From assembly GCA_036479435.1 (NCBI GenBank), contig JAZGFI010000277.1:11247-75246 (forward strand): a DNA stretch of 64,000 nt, in the 5' to 3' direction. This document shows, piece after piece, positions 38,838-48,619 of this stretch. The first letter of the stretch is position 1. Every line of letters starts with the position of its first letter. Below the pieces are notes generated by a model. That model was not told the DNA's origin and did no database searches. It worked only from the letters and a program-made list of their open reading frames with translations. Both the position numbers and the translations under genes were made by a program. This DNA comes from Planctomycetota bacterium. Lineage in GTDB: Bacteria; Planctomycetota; GCA-002687715; DRQF01.

Positions 38838-40256
38838 ATGCATCGCATCGGATTTTTGATGTTCCTGGCCGTATTGGCCGGCGGCCTCGCTTGGCCGCAA
38901 TCAAGCTTTGCCCAAGACGACAAAACTCTCGAAGAGCGCCTCGACGCTATCGACGTCACCGATCCCGACCAGCTGCAAGAAATCGCGGCCTGGGCGATGA
39001 AAAACAAAAACAGAAAGGTCCGCAAAGAGGGCCGAAAGCTGATGAAGGAAGTCCTCGAACTCGACGAGGACCACGAGGCCGCACGCGCGTCCTTGGGCCA
39101 CGTTCACGTCGGTAAGAAGTGGTTCAAAAGCAAAAAAGCGGCCGAGAAAGCCAAGTTCGCGATGGTCGCAAAGGAGATGAAGGCCAAGGGCTACGTCAAG
39201 TTCAAAAACGGCTTCATCAAAAAGACCGATCGGCGCAAGTGGAAGAAGAATTGGGAGAAAAATGACGACCTTATTTGGGTCTCCTACGAAGATGTGATGC
39301 GCGCCAAGGGCTACGCCAAGTACGAAGGTGAGTGGCTTCGGGTCAGCAAGACTGACGCCAAGCGTGCCGCTAATCACACGCGTCTAACCGGCGAGGACAT
39401 CCTCATCGTCAGCAGCGATCACTTCATCTTCCACTTTCAAATCCCGGTCAAGCTCGTCAAGCGCTACACCGAGCTCGTCGAACGACTGCTCGACTGGTTC
39501 TACGAAAAGTTTGAGTTCGCGGCCTTGCTTGAGAAAGACAAACTCTTCAACGGCAACAAACCTCATATCTGGGGTTTCAGCTCACAGCAACAACTCTTGG
39601 ATTGGGTCACGGCCTACGCTGAGGACTACAAGTTCTCAAAAGAGATGAAGGAGGAGTTTCGCAAGCGTCCAGGGGGGACTCTTTTTTGGGAGCTCAGCAC
39701 GGTCGTCAACGAGAAACCTGAGGACATGGAGAACGGCATTATTCACCAAATCGCCGTCATGATCTTCAGGCATTTCATCGGCAAGAGTGTCGCGCCATGG
39801 ATGAGCGAAGCAGTCGCAAACTTGGCCGAGCATGAACTCTCGAGAGAAAAAATCGGCGTCGTGACCATGAGCACGGGAACCAAGTACGACAACAACGGCG
39901 GCGTCGCCGACAAGAAAAACTTCAACACCAAAGACACACCGCCACAAGTAAAAGGCTTGGTCAAACGCGCCGATGACTTGCCGATCGAACAGCTCTCCAA
40001 CCTGAAACTCAACTCGCTGAACGAAGACCACCTAGGTCAGGGCTACAGCCATATCGAGTGGGCCTTCAACCACGATCGAGCAAAACTCGTCGAGTGGTTG
40101 CACTACTACCGAACGAGCCGATTCCAAAACGTCCCTAAGAAACCCGAAGAACGGAACGCTTACTACATCATGCAGTGCCTTGAGAAAATCTACGGTTGGG
40201 ACGGCGAAGAATACATGAAGAACTGGCGGTCCTACGTAAAGAAGAACTACCGATAG
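38838..40256 (+). CDS. Secreted Lys-rich protein with a degenerate DUF1570/gluzincin-like domain
   Basis: GGGAG RBS and signal peptide. VLELDEDHEAARASLG...KGYVKF segment and IIHQIAVMIF...PWMSEAVA. Confidence 0.7.
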   Translation: MHRIGFLMFLAVLAGGLAWPQSSFAQDDKTLEERLDAIDVTDPDQLQEIAAWAMKNKNRKVRKEGRKLMKEVLELDEDHEAARASLGHVHVGKKWFKSKKAAEKAKFAMVAKEMKAKGYVKFKNGFIKKTDRRKWKKNWEKNDDLIWVSYEDVMRAKGYAKYEGEWLRVSKTDAKRAANHTRLTGEDILIVSSDHFIFHFQIPVKLVKRYTELVERLLDWFYEKFEFAALLEKDKLFNGNKPHIWGFSSQQQLLDWVTAYAEDYKFSKEMKEEFRKRPGGTLFWELSTVVNEKPEDMENGIIHQIAVMIFRHFIGKSVAPWMSEAVANLAEHELSREKIGVVTMSTGTKYDNNGGVADKKNFNTKDTPPQVKGLVKRADDLPIEQLSNLKLNSLNEDHLGQGYSHIEWAFNHDRAKLVEWLHYYRTSRFQNVPKKPEERNAYYIMQCLEKIYGWDGEEYMKNWRSYVKKNYR

Positions 40257-40278
40257 ACCGCTTCATTCACTATCGAAA

Positions 40279-40310
40279 GAAAAAAGGGTGCCAGTCGGCA
40301 CCCTTTTTTC
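40279..40310. terminator. Bidirectional rho-independent terminator
   Basis: GAAAAAAGGGTGCC-AGTC-GGCACCCTTTTTTC between convergent genes. Confidence 0.85.
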
Positions 40311-40346
40311 GTCACTATTCGCGCAGCCGCGCCCTCATGAATTCGG

Positions 40347-42923
40347 CTAGTAGCTCGGCATCAACAAGACCGCATTCAAGAACAAGCGCGTCAATCCGTG
40401 CCAGGCACTCCGGAAGTTCGGGTCGTCGGCAAAGAACACCGCAGCGCCGCGGCCCTTGCGCTCGACCATCGCGTAGGCGCGCCCGCGCATTTTCTTTTCG
40501 GTCTCGGGCAGGATGTAGCCCGACAAGGGCGGCGCGTCCCGAAACCACCCGACGGCGGTGCCGCCTTTTTCGGGATCAAAAGTCATCGTCCCCGACTTAA
40601 AGACCGTGATGTCGCCGCGGTACCCAAAAGCCAGGGGGTGACCCGCGTCGAGCTCAACTTTGAAAATCGAACCCGGCGTCGCGTGACGGCGACGTTCCTT
40701 TTCACGCTCTTCGATGCGCTTTAGTTTCGGTTTCGGTTTCGGTTTCGGTTTCGGTTTCGGTTTCTTGCTTTCATCCTTCTTCGCCTTGGTCGAAATGCGG
40801 CTCCACTTCGAGCCCTCTTGCCCCAAGGCTTGCGCCCCGCGACCCCAGGTCACGACCACGCCGCCCGCGCGGCAAAACTTGCTGAGGTTTTCACGCGCTG
40901 CGGCATCCAATCCGTCAGACGAGCTTGGCACAACAACTGCCGTGTAGTCTTTGAGTTCCACGCTTCCGAAACCCTTGGCGCTGAAAACCGAGTACGGAAT
41001 GTCGTAAAGTTCTTCGAGCAAAAAGCGAGTGGCGCCAAATGACGTCGTGGAAATTCCCTCACCGCCAATCAGGGCAACGCGCGCTGGCCTGACTCTGACG
41101 ACTTTCTGCGAGCCGAGATCGATTCCTTTTTCGGTCATTCCGGACGCAACGGGCACGAAACAAGCCCCCGTTGCTGCCGCTACGGCGGCGACCTGTTCGT
41201 CGAGATCCGCCACATTGCGGCCGCGCGGCACAAAGACCGTGCCCGCCGCCCAGGGGCGACCGTTTGAAGTGAACTTCTCTCGAGCGTACTTCAGCATGAC
41301 TTTTCGATCCAAAAGACGCAGAACCGCCCGTACCGAGGCCAAGGTGTCCCAGCGCAACAAGTAGCCGTACTGCGCATCGCCTTCGTCAACGGCGCCGACG
41401 GCCTTTTCGATTTCTTCGACTAAGGCACTATCAACGTTGATATCGAGTGGCGACCAGTAGGCCTCAACGCCGAAGGAAAAGGGCAAAGACCAAGCGGCGA
41501 TATCGTAGAAGTAAAGCTCTTTGATTTCCGTCTTCGGCTCGAGCAGCGTCTTGATGAGGCGTTTGGTCGGCTGCGCCATCGAAACCAAATAGGTGCCCGC
41601 GCTGAAGGTCTTTTCGCGGTGCCGTTGGCCCGAGTAGTCCACGACTTCGGGTGTCTTAAAGCTCGCGGTGGCGCGCCGCACTTCGATGCCCTGTAGTTTT
41701 AGAATGTCGACGAGCCTAGAGCTTCTTTCGATGTCGTCACTCGGCACCAGGATGAATTCGCGGATCGCACCGCCCTTTCCCTCGGCGACCGCCGAAGCAC
41801 GGAAGCCCTGGTAGTCCTTCAGCAAAGCCAAACGATGAGTCGCGGCGGTGTTGATGGTCGCCATCGAGGTTGCGAAGTGGTGATCGACTCGATCCTGCAA
41901 AGTCAAGATGTTGCCGTTGCGTTGTTTGACGGCGACGCCGGAACTACTGTGGCCCGCTTGCTCATAAGTCATGCCGATGGCGCCGTGAAAACTGGGCCAG
42001 GAATCGCCGTAGCCGGGATAAAAGAGATCGAAAGACTCCTCGGTGTAGTAGTCCCAGCCCTTGGCATCGAAGGCGACCGCATTACCGCGACCAAAGACCT
42101 TGCCCCACTTCATAGTGTAAGGCGGTAAATTAGCGTTGATGGGCCGTTCCGCGGGGAAAAAGAAGTAGGAGCTGTTGTGCCCCATTTCGTGGTAATCGAC
42201 GTGAACTTGCGGATTCCAGCGAACAAAGTGCTTCGCGCGGCTGCGCGTTTCGCGTTGGGACACAAAGGCCCAGTCACGGTTGAGGTCAAAGTTGAAATGA
42301 TTGAAGCGACCGCCAGGCCAAGGCTCTTGGTGCTCCATGCTTTGAGGGTGTGAATCCACGCGGCGGCCAGCCACCGAGTTGAACCAGTTAACGTAGCGAT
42401 CGCGACCGTCTGGATTCGTGCAGGGGTCGACGATGACGACGGTGTCTTGCAACATCTTCGCCGTCTCTTCGGAATCGGATGTACACAGGGTGTGGGCGAG
42501 CTTCAGTGCGGCCTCGGTGCAAGAAGTCTCGTTGCCGTGCACGCAGTAGGAAAGCCAGACAAACACCGGGAGGTCCGCAATGAGATCGTCTACGGATTCT
42601 CCCTCTTGCAGGCGCCTAGGGTCGGCGACTTTCTCCATTTGCAATCGCAAGTCTTCAAGCCGCGCTTGATTCTCGGCTGAGGTGAAAAAACACAGCAGCA
42701 TCTCGCGCCCTTCGGAAGTCTGGCCGCGCCGGATAAGACTCGCCCGATCAGAACGCTCGGCGAGAGTCTCTAAGTAGCGGACGCAGCGAGCATGAGTCGT
42801 GTAACGCTGGCCGAGTTCGTAACCGAAGAACTCTTTCGGCGTCGGGGGTGCTTGGGCAATAAAGACCGGGACCACGCACACAAAGATGGCGAGCACCGCA
42901 AGTGAAAGTCGAAACCTGAGCAT
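40347..42923 (-). CDS. M14 zinc carboxypeptidase family protein
   Basis: Signal peptide. VHGNE, NPDGR, DLNRD, DYHEMG and GMTYEQ motifs. Confidence 0.92.
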   Translation of the reverse strand: MLRFRLSLAVLAIFVCVVPVFIAQAPPTPKEFFGYELGQRYTTHARCVRYLETLAERSDRASLIRRGQTSEGREMLLCFFTSAENQARLEDLRLQMEKVADPRRLQEGESVDDLIADLPVFVWLSYCVHGNETSCTEAALKLAHTLCTSDSEETAKMLQDTVVIVDPCTNPDGRDRYVNWFNSVAGRRVDSHPQSMEHQEPWPGGRFNHFNFDLNRDWAFVSQRETRSRAKHFVRWNPQVHVDYHEMGHNSSYFFFPAERPINANLPPYTMKWGKVFGRGNAVAFDAKGWDYYTEESFDLFYPGYGDSWPSFHGAIGMTYEQAGHSSSGVAVKQRNGNILTLQDRVDHHFATSMATINTAATHRLALLKDYQGFRASAVAEGKGGAIREFILVPSDDIERSSRLVDILKLQGIEVRRATASFKTPEVVDYSGQRHREKTFSAGTYLVSMAQPTKRLIKTLLEPKTEIKELYFYDIAAWSLPFSFGVEAYWSPLDINVDSALVEEIEKAVGAVDEGDAQYGYLLRWDTLASVRAVLRLLDRKVMLKYAREKFTSNGRPWAAGTVFVPRGRNVADLDEQVAAVAAATGACFVPVASGMTEKGIDLGSQKVVRVRPARVALIGGEGISTTSFGATRFLLEELYDIPYSVFSAKGFGSVELKDYTAVVVPSSSDGLDAAARENLSKFCRAGGVVVTWGRGAQALGQEGSKWSRISTKAKKDESKKPKPKPKPKPKPKLKRIEEREKERRRHATPGSIFKVELDAGHPLAFGYRGDITVFKSGTMTFDPEKGGTAVGWFRDAPPLSGYILPETEKKMRGRAYAMVERKGRGAAVFFADDPNFRSAWHGLTRLFLNAVLLMPSY
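40725..40764. repeat. Perfect hexanucleotide tandem repeat (TTTCGG)x6 + TTTC
   Basis: Read directly from the sequence. Encodes (KP)6K in the M14 peptidase. Confidence 0.95.
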
Positions 42924-43023
42924 GAATGAGAATCTCGAATCGGTGAATCGGAGCGCAGAGTCTACCGTGCATCGATGATCGCTGCGCGCGCCTCCATAGT
43001 TACGCGAGTCTCAGCTCTGGCTT

Positions 43024-43311
43024 TCAGCGACTTTTTCGAGGTTGACGCTTCAACAGGGACCAAAAGAAAACCCCGCCGAAGAACGCCAGGCCGCCGGTGA
43101 GTTGCCACCAGGGGAATTTCTTGCGGGAGCGACCGCGATTGACGGAGTCCGGGGCAGCGTCCGGGAGAGAGGGGTTCAGGCTGCGATCGGGAAGCTCGCC
43201 CTCGTCTTGAGTGTGACTGATGATCGGACCAAATCGATCGCTATCCACAGCCGCCGGAGCAAACTCCGAAACCGCCAAGACCACAAAGGTCATGAGGACT
43301 AGTCGTCGCAT
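43024..43311 (-). CDS. Small exported protein with C-terminal TM and basic tail
   Basis: Signal peptide MRRLVLMTFVVLAVSEFAPA, Pro/Asp/Ser linker, then FPWWQLTGGLAFFGGVFFWSLLKRQPRKSR. Confidence 0.6.
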   Translation of the reverse strand: MRRLVLMTFVVLAVSEFAPAAVDSDRFGPIISHTQDEGELPDRSLNPSLPDAAPDSVNRGRSRKKFPWWQLTGGLAFFGGVFFWSLLKRQPRKSR

Positions 43312-43445
43312 GGTGTCTGCCTTCCTACGCTTGGAACATACGCCACTAGGATGTTGCCAAGTGGCGTGAAAAACACCGACAACAATTGCTTTCTCACTGC
43401 TGAGCTTCATCAACGACTCATTGAGGCCCCAGGCGGTGGCTGGGC

Positions 43446-45977
43446 TTACTCCTCGAGCGCCTGAAGCTCAGCTTGAATCACCTGGCCCAGTTGCCAGGCA
43501 CGATTCCAAATCGCCATGTCGCCGCCTAGTTTTCCGGCGCGGTGCAAGCACGCCGTGATGGACCGGTTCGCGTCACGTAAGCGGCCCAAGACGCGAAGCG
43601 CGCGCGCGCGATGGTAAAGCAACATCGTTTGAGTCGGGTTCACTTCAAATGCGAGTTCAAAACAACGCAAGGCCTCGACGGTTTCGCCCGTCTTTAGGCG
43701 TTGCAATCCAACTCGAAAAAGCGCGTCCGGATGAAGCGGTGCTTGGGTCAAGACTTTCTCCCAAGCCGCAAGCGCCGCCGGAGATCCCGATGATAGGTGT
43801 TCGGTGATATAGGCGCGAGTTTCAGCGACGCGTTGATCCGCGGGGGCCAGCTTTTCGGCCCTCGTTAGCAACAGGGCCGCATCCGCAGCGTCACCGCGCT
43901 GAGTCGCCATGACCGCCAACTCGAGGTAGATGCGCAAACGAAGCGGGCCGCGGGGCTGCATTTCCAAGGCTGCGAGCAAACGTGACCACGCCTCTGCGCT
44001 AGCCCCCATGCGGTTCTTCACGCGCGCCACCGCCAATTGAACCCGTGCGGATCTTGCTTGTAAGGTGAGCGCTTCGCTGGCGGCGTCGAAAGCCGCATTC
44101 TCGTCGCGGTTAGCCAGGGCGATATCACAGCGTTGCACGTAGGCGTTGGCCAATCTTGGGTGGGTTCTGAGCGCGGCATCAATGGCCTGATCCGCTTCAC
44201 GGTGCCGGCCCAAGGACAGCAGCAAGCCAGCCCGAAGAAGCTGCGTACGGTAGTTCTCGGGTTGCCGCGCGGCGGCGGCATCGGCGTGGCGCAGGCGACG
44301 TAATCGTTGCAATCGCAGAGACTCGATGGAGTTTGTGCCGCCGACGATCGAAAACCGCAGCGCGGCCAAGTCCTTGGAAGCCGCAGCCTGCGCGCGAACG
44401 CCGGCGAACATCACCGCCCCGCCGACAATCAACAATGCCAAAGACAAGATCCGCCAGCCCCCGCCAAGCACAAAAAAGGGCGGGGCCACGCTCTTGTTGC
44501 CAGGAGTTTTGTGTTCGCTTATTTGGCGAGATAAAGCCGACGCGGAACGCAGCGCGAGAGCGCCAAATGTAAAAAAAGCGAGGGTCGTTGCGGGCTGGGT
44601 CAGCGGAAAACCCACGCAGGCAGAAGCCAAGACCGTGACCATGCCGGCCATGGACGCAAGGAGAACGGCGCGCCTCAATGCCCCCTCACCTTCTTCTAAT
44701 TTGGACTTCGAGCGCAAGTAGGTGACCGATCCCCAGGCGAGAATCAAAACGATAGCGCCGAGAAAAACCAACAGGGCAAAAAGACCACCTTCGGCGGCCA
44801 TGCGGAGAAACTCGTTGTGGGGCCGCTCGGGTTGTCGCGCCAGTCCAAGCCTTCCAGATTCGTGCTCGCGCACCGCTTGTGCCCAATCGGGATAGGCAAC
44901 TGGAAAAGCACCGGCCCCCACGCCGAACAGGGGGCGGTCCTTGACCATCGCGGCGGTGTTGGCCCAAAGGTCTAAGCGTTCTCGAACGGTCGTGTTGTCA
45001 GCGTCAAAAGAACTGGCCAGGCGTTGGGCGAGGCTGACGGGCCGTTGTCCGAAACGAGCCTGGACCTCAATGTTCTGCGCCACCAGGGTGAAACCCGCGA
45101 GGACCACGATAAGGACGAGGAGGCAGCCACCGAGGTGACGCCAGGGACTTCCGAATAGGGGCCGCGTGCGAGCACTTTTAAGGACCAGGATGGTTCCGCC
45201 GAATGCCAAGCCCGCTGCCACCGCCAAGATCGCGCCGCGAGACCCCGATCGAATCAAAAACAAGGCGAGGGGCATGGCGCAGATAAACCCGAGACCGGCG
45301 CGCGTTTTTCGCCACGACGGTTCTTTTTCAATACCCAAGGCCCCGCAGAACACCCCAAGAACGGCCAGAGCAGCTGCTACGAACTCGGCCGCGACGTTGG
45401 TATGGCCAAAAAGTGAGCCCGGGCGATCGGTTTGCAGGATGCGGTCTAAGCCAAATATCTCGAAGGCGGCCTTCATTGGCGTCCACAAGCGATCACCGCA
45501 CCAACCCTGAAAGGGAAAGCGCTGGGCATGGACGAGTCCGCCCGTATCCGCGTCTTGCACCAAACCTATCAGTGCAGTCAGCAAGGCCGCGATAGTCAGT
45601 GAATGAAGGGCAAGACGGCCGACAGAAACCGAAAACGGAACCAACAACAGGAGCGAAAACCAAAGAACAGCGCCAAAGCCGAAGCCAATGGGTAGCCAGC
45701 CCAAGCTCGGTGACAGACTGAAGGGCCAGGCCATCAAGAGCCATAAGGTTAAGCTGCAAAAAGAGATGAGACTGATCGTCTCGATACGATGGAGGCGTCG
45801 GAAGCGGGGAACAGCCGTTAGGGCCATGATCGCCAAGGCGAAGGTCGCCAGCTGCCAAAAGAGACGCTTGGGTAGCTCCGTTTGGGCGTACCACTGTGGC
45901 GCTACCGATAGGGGAACCACCAGGAGGGTTCCCAAGATTCCTAGTGCGAAGAGGCCGTCCCGGACCTTCGATTGCAT
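43446..45977 (-). CDS. O-antigen ligase/O-oligosaccharyltransferase-like membrane protein with TPR tail
   Basis: SLFGHTN, SGSRGA, ERLDLW...RPLFGVGAGAF and PHNEFL...EGG motifs. C-terminal TPRs. Confidence 0.85.
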   Translation of the reverse strand: MQSKVRDGLFALGILGTLLVVPLSVAPQWYAQTELPKRLFWQLATFALAIMALTAVPRFRRLHRIETISLISFCSLTLWLLMAWPFSLSPSLGWLPIGFGFGAVLWFSLLLLVPFSVSVGRLALHSLTIAALLTALIGLVQDADTGGLVHAQRFPFQGWCGDRLWTPMKAAFEIFGLDRILQTDRPGSLFGHTNVAAEFVAAALAVLGVFCGALGIEKEPSWRKTRAGLGFICAMPLALFLIRSGSRGAILAVAAGLAFGGTILVLKSARTRPLFGSPWRHLGGCLLVLIVVLAGFTLVAQNIEVQARFGQRPVSLAQRLASSFDADNTTVRERLDLWANTAAMVKDRPLFGVGAGAFPVAYPDWAQAVREHESGRLGLARQPERPHNEFLRMAAEGGLFALLVFLGAIVLILAWGSVTYLRSKSKLEEGEGALRRAVLLASMAGMVTVLASACVGFPLTQPATTLAFFTFGALALRSASALSRQISEHKTPGNKSVAPPFFVLGGGWRILSLALLIVGGAVMFAGVRAQAAASKDLAALRFSIVGGTNSIESLRLQRLRRLRHADAAAARQPENYRTQLLRAGLLLSLGRHREADQAIDAALRTHPRLANAYVQRCDIALANRDENAAFDAASEALTLQARSARVQLAVARVKNRMGASAEAWSRLLAALEMQPRGPLRLRIYLELAVMATQRGDAADAALLLTRAEKLAPADQRVAETRAYITEHLSSGSPAALAAWEKVLTQAPLHPDALFRVGLQRLKTGETVEALRCFELAFEVNPTQTMLLYHRARALRVLGRLRDANRSITACLHRAGKLGGDMAIWNRAWQLGQVIQAELQALEE

Positions 45978-46427
45978 CCTTTTTCCCCGCTCCGCTACAT
46001 GGGTCTCGCCGAGTTCTACTGCGCTTGGATGACGGCGCGGCCCCTATTCCACTCGCGCTAAGTGTTTATAAACCCAGCGAACCTTGGCAACAAACACGAA
46101 TCCGAAGCCTAAAAGACCTGGATTACCCCCCCAAAAGCAGTCGTCGCGCTCTTTAAAGTATTAATGTCGCGGGTTTTGTGGGTGTAATAGGGCATCCTTT
46201 ATCTATGGAACATGGACGGAGTTCACGGTGCTGACTAAGAAGGCGCACTAGGCTAAAGTGAACTTCACGAAACTGTCGAAAATAGCCCGAGGAACGGTAC
46301 TTGGCGCAGCTTGATCATCCAATTTTGATGGTTGGACCTAAGCAGCGCTCAGGGTATGATCCGGCCGGAATAGAATCGACGCAAAGTCTTTGAGATGCGC
46401 CGAGTTCAATAATTGAGGGAAACTTTC

Positions 46428-48467
46428 ATGATTGCATCGAGAGAGTTGGGGGTTTCCACCCTGCTCGGAACCCTCGCCCTGGGAATGATCCTGGTGGCGA
46501 CCGCCTGTAGTGGCGGAGGGGTTAGTCTCAACAATAACCAGAATCAGAATTTGGTGGCTGGCGTCGCCAATACGACTCCGGTTGTGGCACCGAACGGCGC
46601 TCAGGCCGTGCGCGTCGACTTTACTCTGAACGGTCCGCCGAACGCCGCGTTCGTGCTGCTGTTCAAGTTCTTCGACGACCCGATGGTCCAGCCCGGATCT
46701 TTCAGCGGCATGATTGCGGGCCAAGCTGACGCTTTGGTCATGACCGAAGTTAACCAGGCTTTTGCGGACATGTTCAATCCGCCGCTGACGCTCTTTAGCG
46801 ACTCAGTTCTTCCGGCGAACGGCTCGCTCACGGGTACGTACTTCTGGAATGCTGGCGCCGACCTCGGTTTTGTTCCGTCCAACATCTGCGTGGTCGTAGA
46901 TGTGGAATCGCCGGATGGCGGCATCACTTCCGAAGTCGATGGCGTCACCTGCGGTATTCTAGTCGAAGCCAGCGTCCTGCCCATGGGTTCGACCGGCGAC
47001 AACATCGGTCCCATTATCCCGGGCATGATGACTCAAGGCTCCACCGGCCATAGCGCCAACGTGGTGTTCGGCAGCGACGGCAGCGACCGCATCCTCATCG
47101 CGGGTGGTGAGACTCAAGAAGTTGGCATGCAAAACTTCATTGCGGTTGATTCGGTAAACCGCTTCAACTTTGACATCGCCGCCGGAACGCACAGCCTGGT
47201 CACGGCTGCCAGCGGTGGTAATGCCCGCAGCGGCCACGCGTCGGCCTTTTACTACGACGCGGCGAGCCAACAGGTCGTGTTGATCACCGGTGGTCAAGAT
47301 GGGGACGGAACCCCCACGAGCACCACCGACAGTTACAGCTCCGCGTTGGATACCGTGACCGCCGGGCCCAACATGGGAATGGCACGCGTCAATCACACCG
47401 CATGCTGGTTGGCTGACAACACCATCCTCATCGTAGGTGGTGATGGCGCTGCTGGCACCTCGGCTGAGATCTACGATCCCAACGCGAACACCTTCATGCC
47501 GACCACCGCGCCACTCTTTGGGCGTGCTAACCACACCTGCACCTTGTTGCCGGACGGTCGCGCTCTCATTGCAGGTGGGCAATCCACATCAACGGCACTC
47601 ACCCCTCTCGCCGCCGAAATCTTCGACCCCGTAGCGGGTACTTGGAGTTCCACCGGCACCTTCATTGATCGCTACGATCACACCGCCACCCTTTTGGTGA
47701 ACGGCGTGGTTTACCTCGTCGGTGGTCACGCGGTCACGAACGACGCGGTTCTCGGAACGGCTCAGGCCTACCGCACCTTCGATGGCGACCTCCCGGGCGG
47801 CGGCACCGAATTTCCGGCTGGCTTTTCGCCGACCTCGGACTTCATCGCCGAAGCACGCGCCGATCACGCCGCAACCCGCCTCGGTTCGGGTGCGATCCTG
47901 ATCACCGGTGGATTCATGGCGGGAACGCCCGAAAGCAGCTCGGCCGCCGCCGAAGTGTTCTTACCGAACAAACTCACAGATGACGTCCTGGGCTTTTTCA
48001 GCGCCATCGACGTCGACCTCGTGAACTCGAGGGCACGCCACACCTTGACGACGGTTCCCTCGGGGGCTGCCATCAACGTTGGCGGGGTTAACGGCTCCAT
48101 TGGTGCCCTGACGGCGCTCGACTCGGTTGAGTCCTACGCCTTCTCGAACGAAGCTCCGAGCGCCACGATTAACTCTGCCGCGGCCGTCTTCGGAAACCTC
48201 GGCGACGTTCCGGTCAACATCACCGTCTCCGATGCTGATGGCGACTGCAGCTTCGTATTCCTTCAGTACTCAACGGACAGTGGCGCCAGCTACAACTTTG
48301 CGACGCTGACGAACTACGCGGACACGGTGAACATCGCCCCGGGTTCCAGCACCTTGCATTGGAACGCTGCCGCCGACGGCATCCAAGCGGGCGCCGCGGT
48401 GACCCTTCGACTGATCCCAGTCGGCGGCGTCTTCGGAGCCCCAGCAATGCTGTTGACCGGCTTCTAA
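46428..48467 (+). CDS. Kelch-repeat beta-propeller lipoprotein
   Basis: Lipobox LVATAC-SGGG. Multiple RxxHT/A...GG Kelch blades. Flanking beta-sandwich domains. Confidence 0.85.
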   Translation: MIASRELGVSTLLGTLALGMILVATACSGGGVSLNNNQNQNLVAGVANTTPVVAPNGAQAVRVDFTLNGPPNAAFVLLFKFFDDPMVQPGSFSGMIAGQADALVMTEVNQAFADMFNPPLTLFSDSVLPANGSLTGTYFWNAGADLGFVPSNICVVVDVESPDGGITSEVDGVTCGILVEASVLPMGSTGDNIGPIIPGMMTQGSTGHSANVVFGSDGSDRILIAGGETQEVGMQNFIAVDSVNRFNFDIAAGTHSLVTAASGGNARSGHASAFYYDAASQQVVLITGGQDGDGTPTSTTDSYSSALDTVTAGPNMGMARVNHTACWLADNTILIVGGDGAAGTSAEIYDPNANTFMPTTAPLFGRANHTCTLLPDGRALIAGGQSTSTALTPLAAEIFDPVAGTWSSTGTFIDRYDHTATLLVNGVVYLVGGHAVTNDAVLGTAQAYRTFDGDLPGGGTEFPAGFSPTSDFIAEARADHAATRLGSGAILITGGFMAGTPESSSAAAEVFLPNKLTDDVLGFFSAIDVDLVNSRARHTLTTVPSGAAINVGGVNGSIGALTALDSVESYAFSNEAPSATINSAAAVFGNLGDVPVNITVSDADGDCSFVFLQYSTDSGASYNFATLTNYADTVNIAPGSSTLHWNAAADGIQAGAAVTLRLIPVGGVFGAPAMLLTGF

Positions 48468-48498
48468 TCCACCTCTGAAAAAGAGACCCTCAATTTCG

Positions 48499-48531
48499 AG
48501 GCCTGGAATCGCGAGATTCCAGGCCTTTTTT
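48499..48531 (+). terminator. Rho-independent terminator
   Basis: AGGCCTGGAATC-GCGA-GATTCCAGGCCT followed by a T-tract. Confidence 0.85.
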
Positions 48532-48537
48532 CGGTCA

Positions 48538-48612
48538 TACGGAGTCAGACTTAATTCTCCCGTTTTTTTAGGCCAGGCCTAAAAAAACGGGAGAATTAAG
48601 TCTGACTCCGTA
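48538..48612. repeat. Perfect 75-bp palindrome (37-bp arms, 1-nt spacer), REP/MITE-like
   Basis: TACGGAGTCAGACTTAATTCTCCCGTTTTTTTAGGCC-A-GGCCTAAAAAAACGGGAGAATTAAGTCTGACTCCGTA. Confidence 0.9.
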
Positions 48613-48619
48613 AAGCAGG

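Noticed and set aside
46370..46400. GACGCAAAG resembling a c-di-GMP-I riboswitch core
   Set aside because: The upstream GGCAAAC/GNRA stem is absent.
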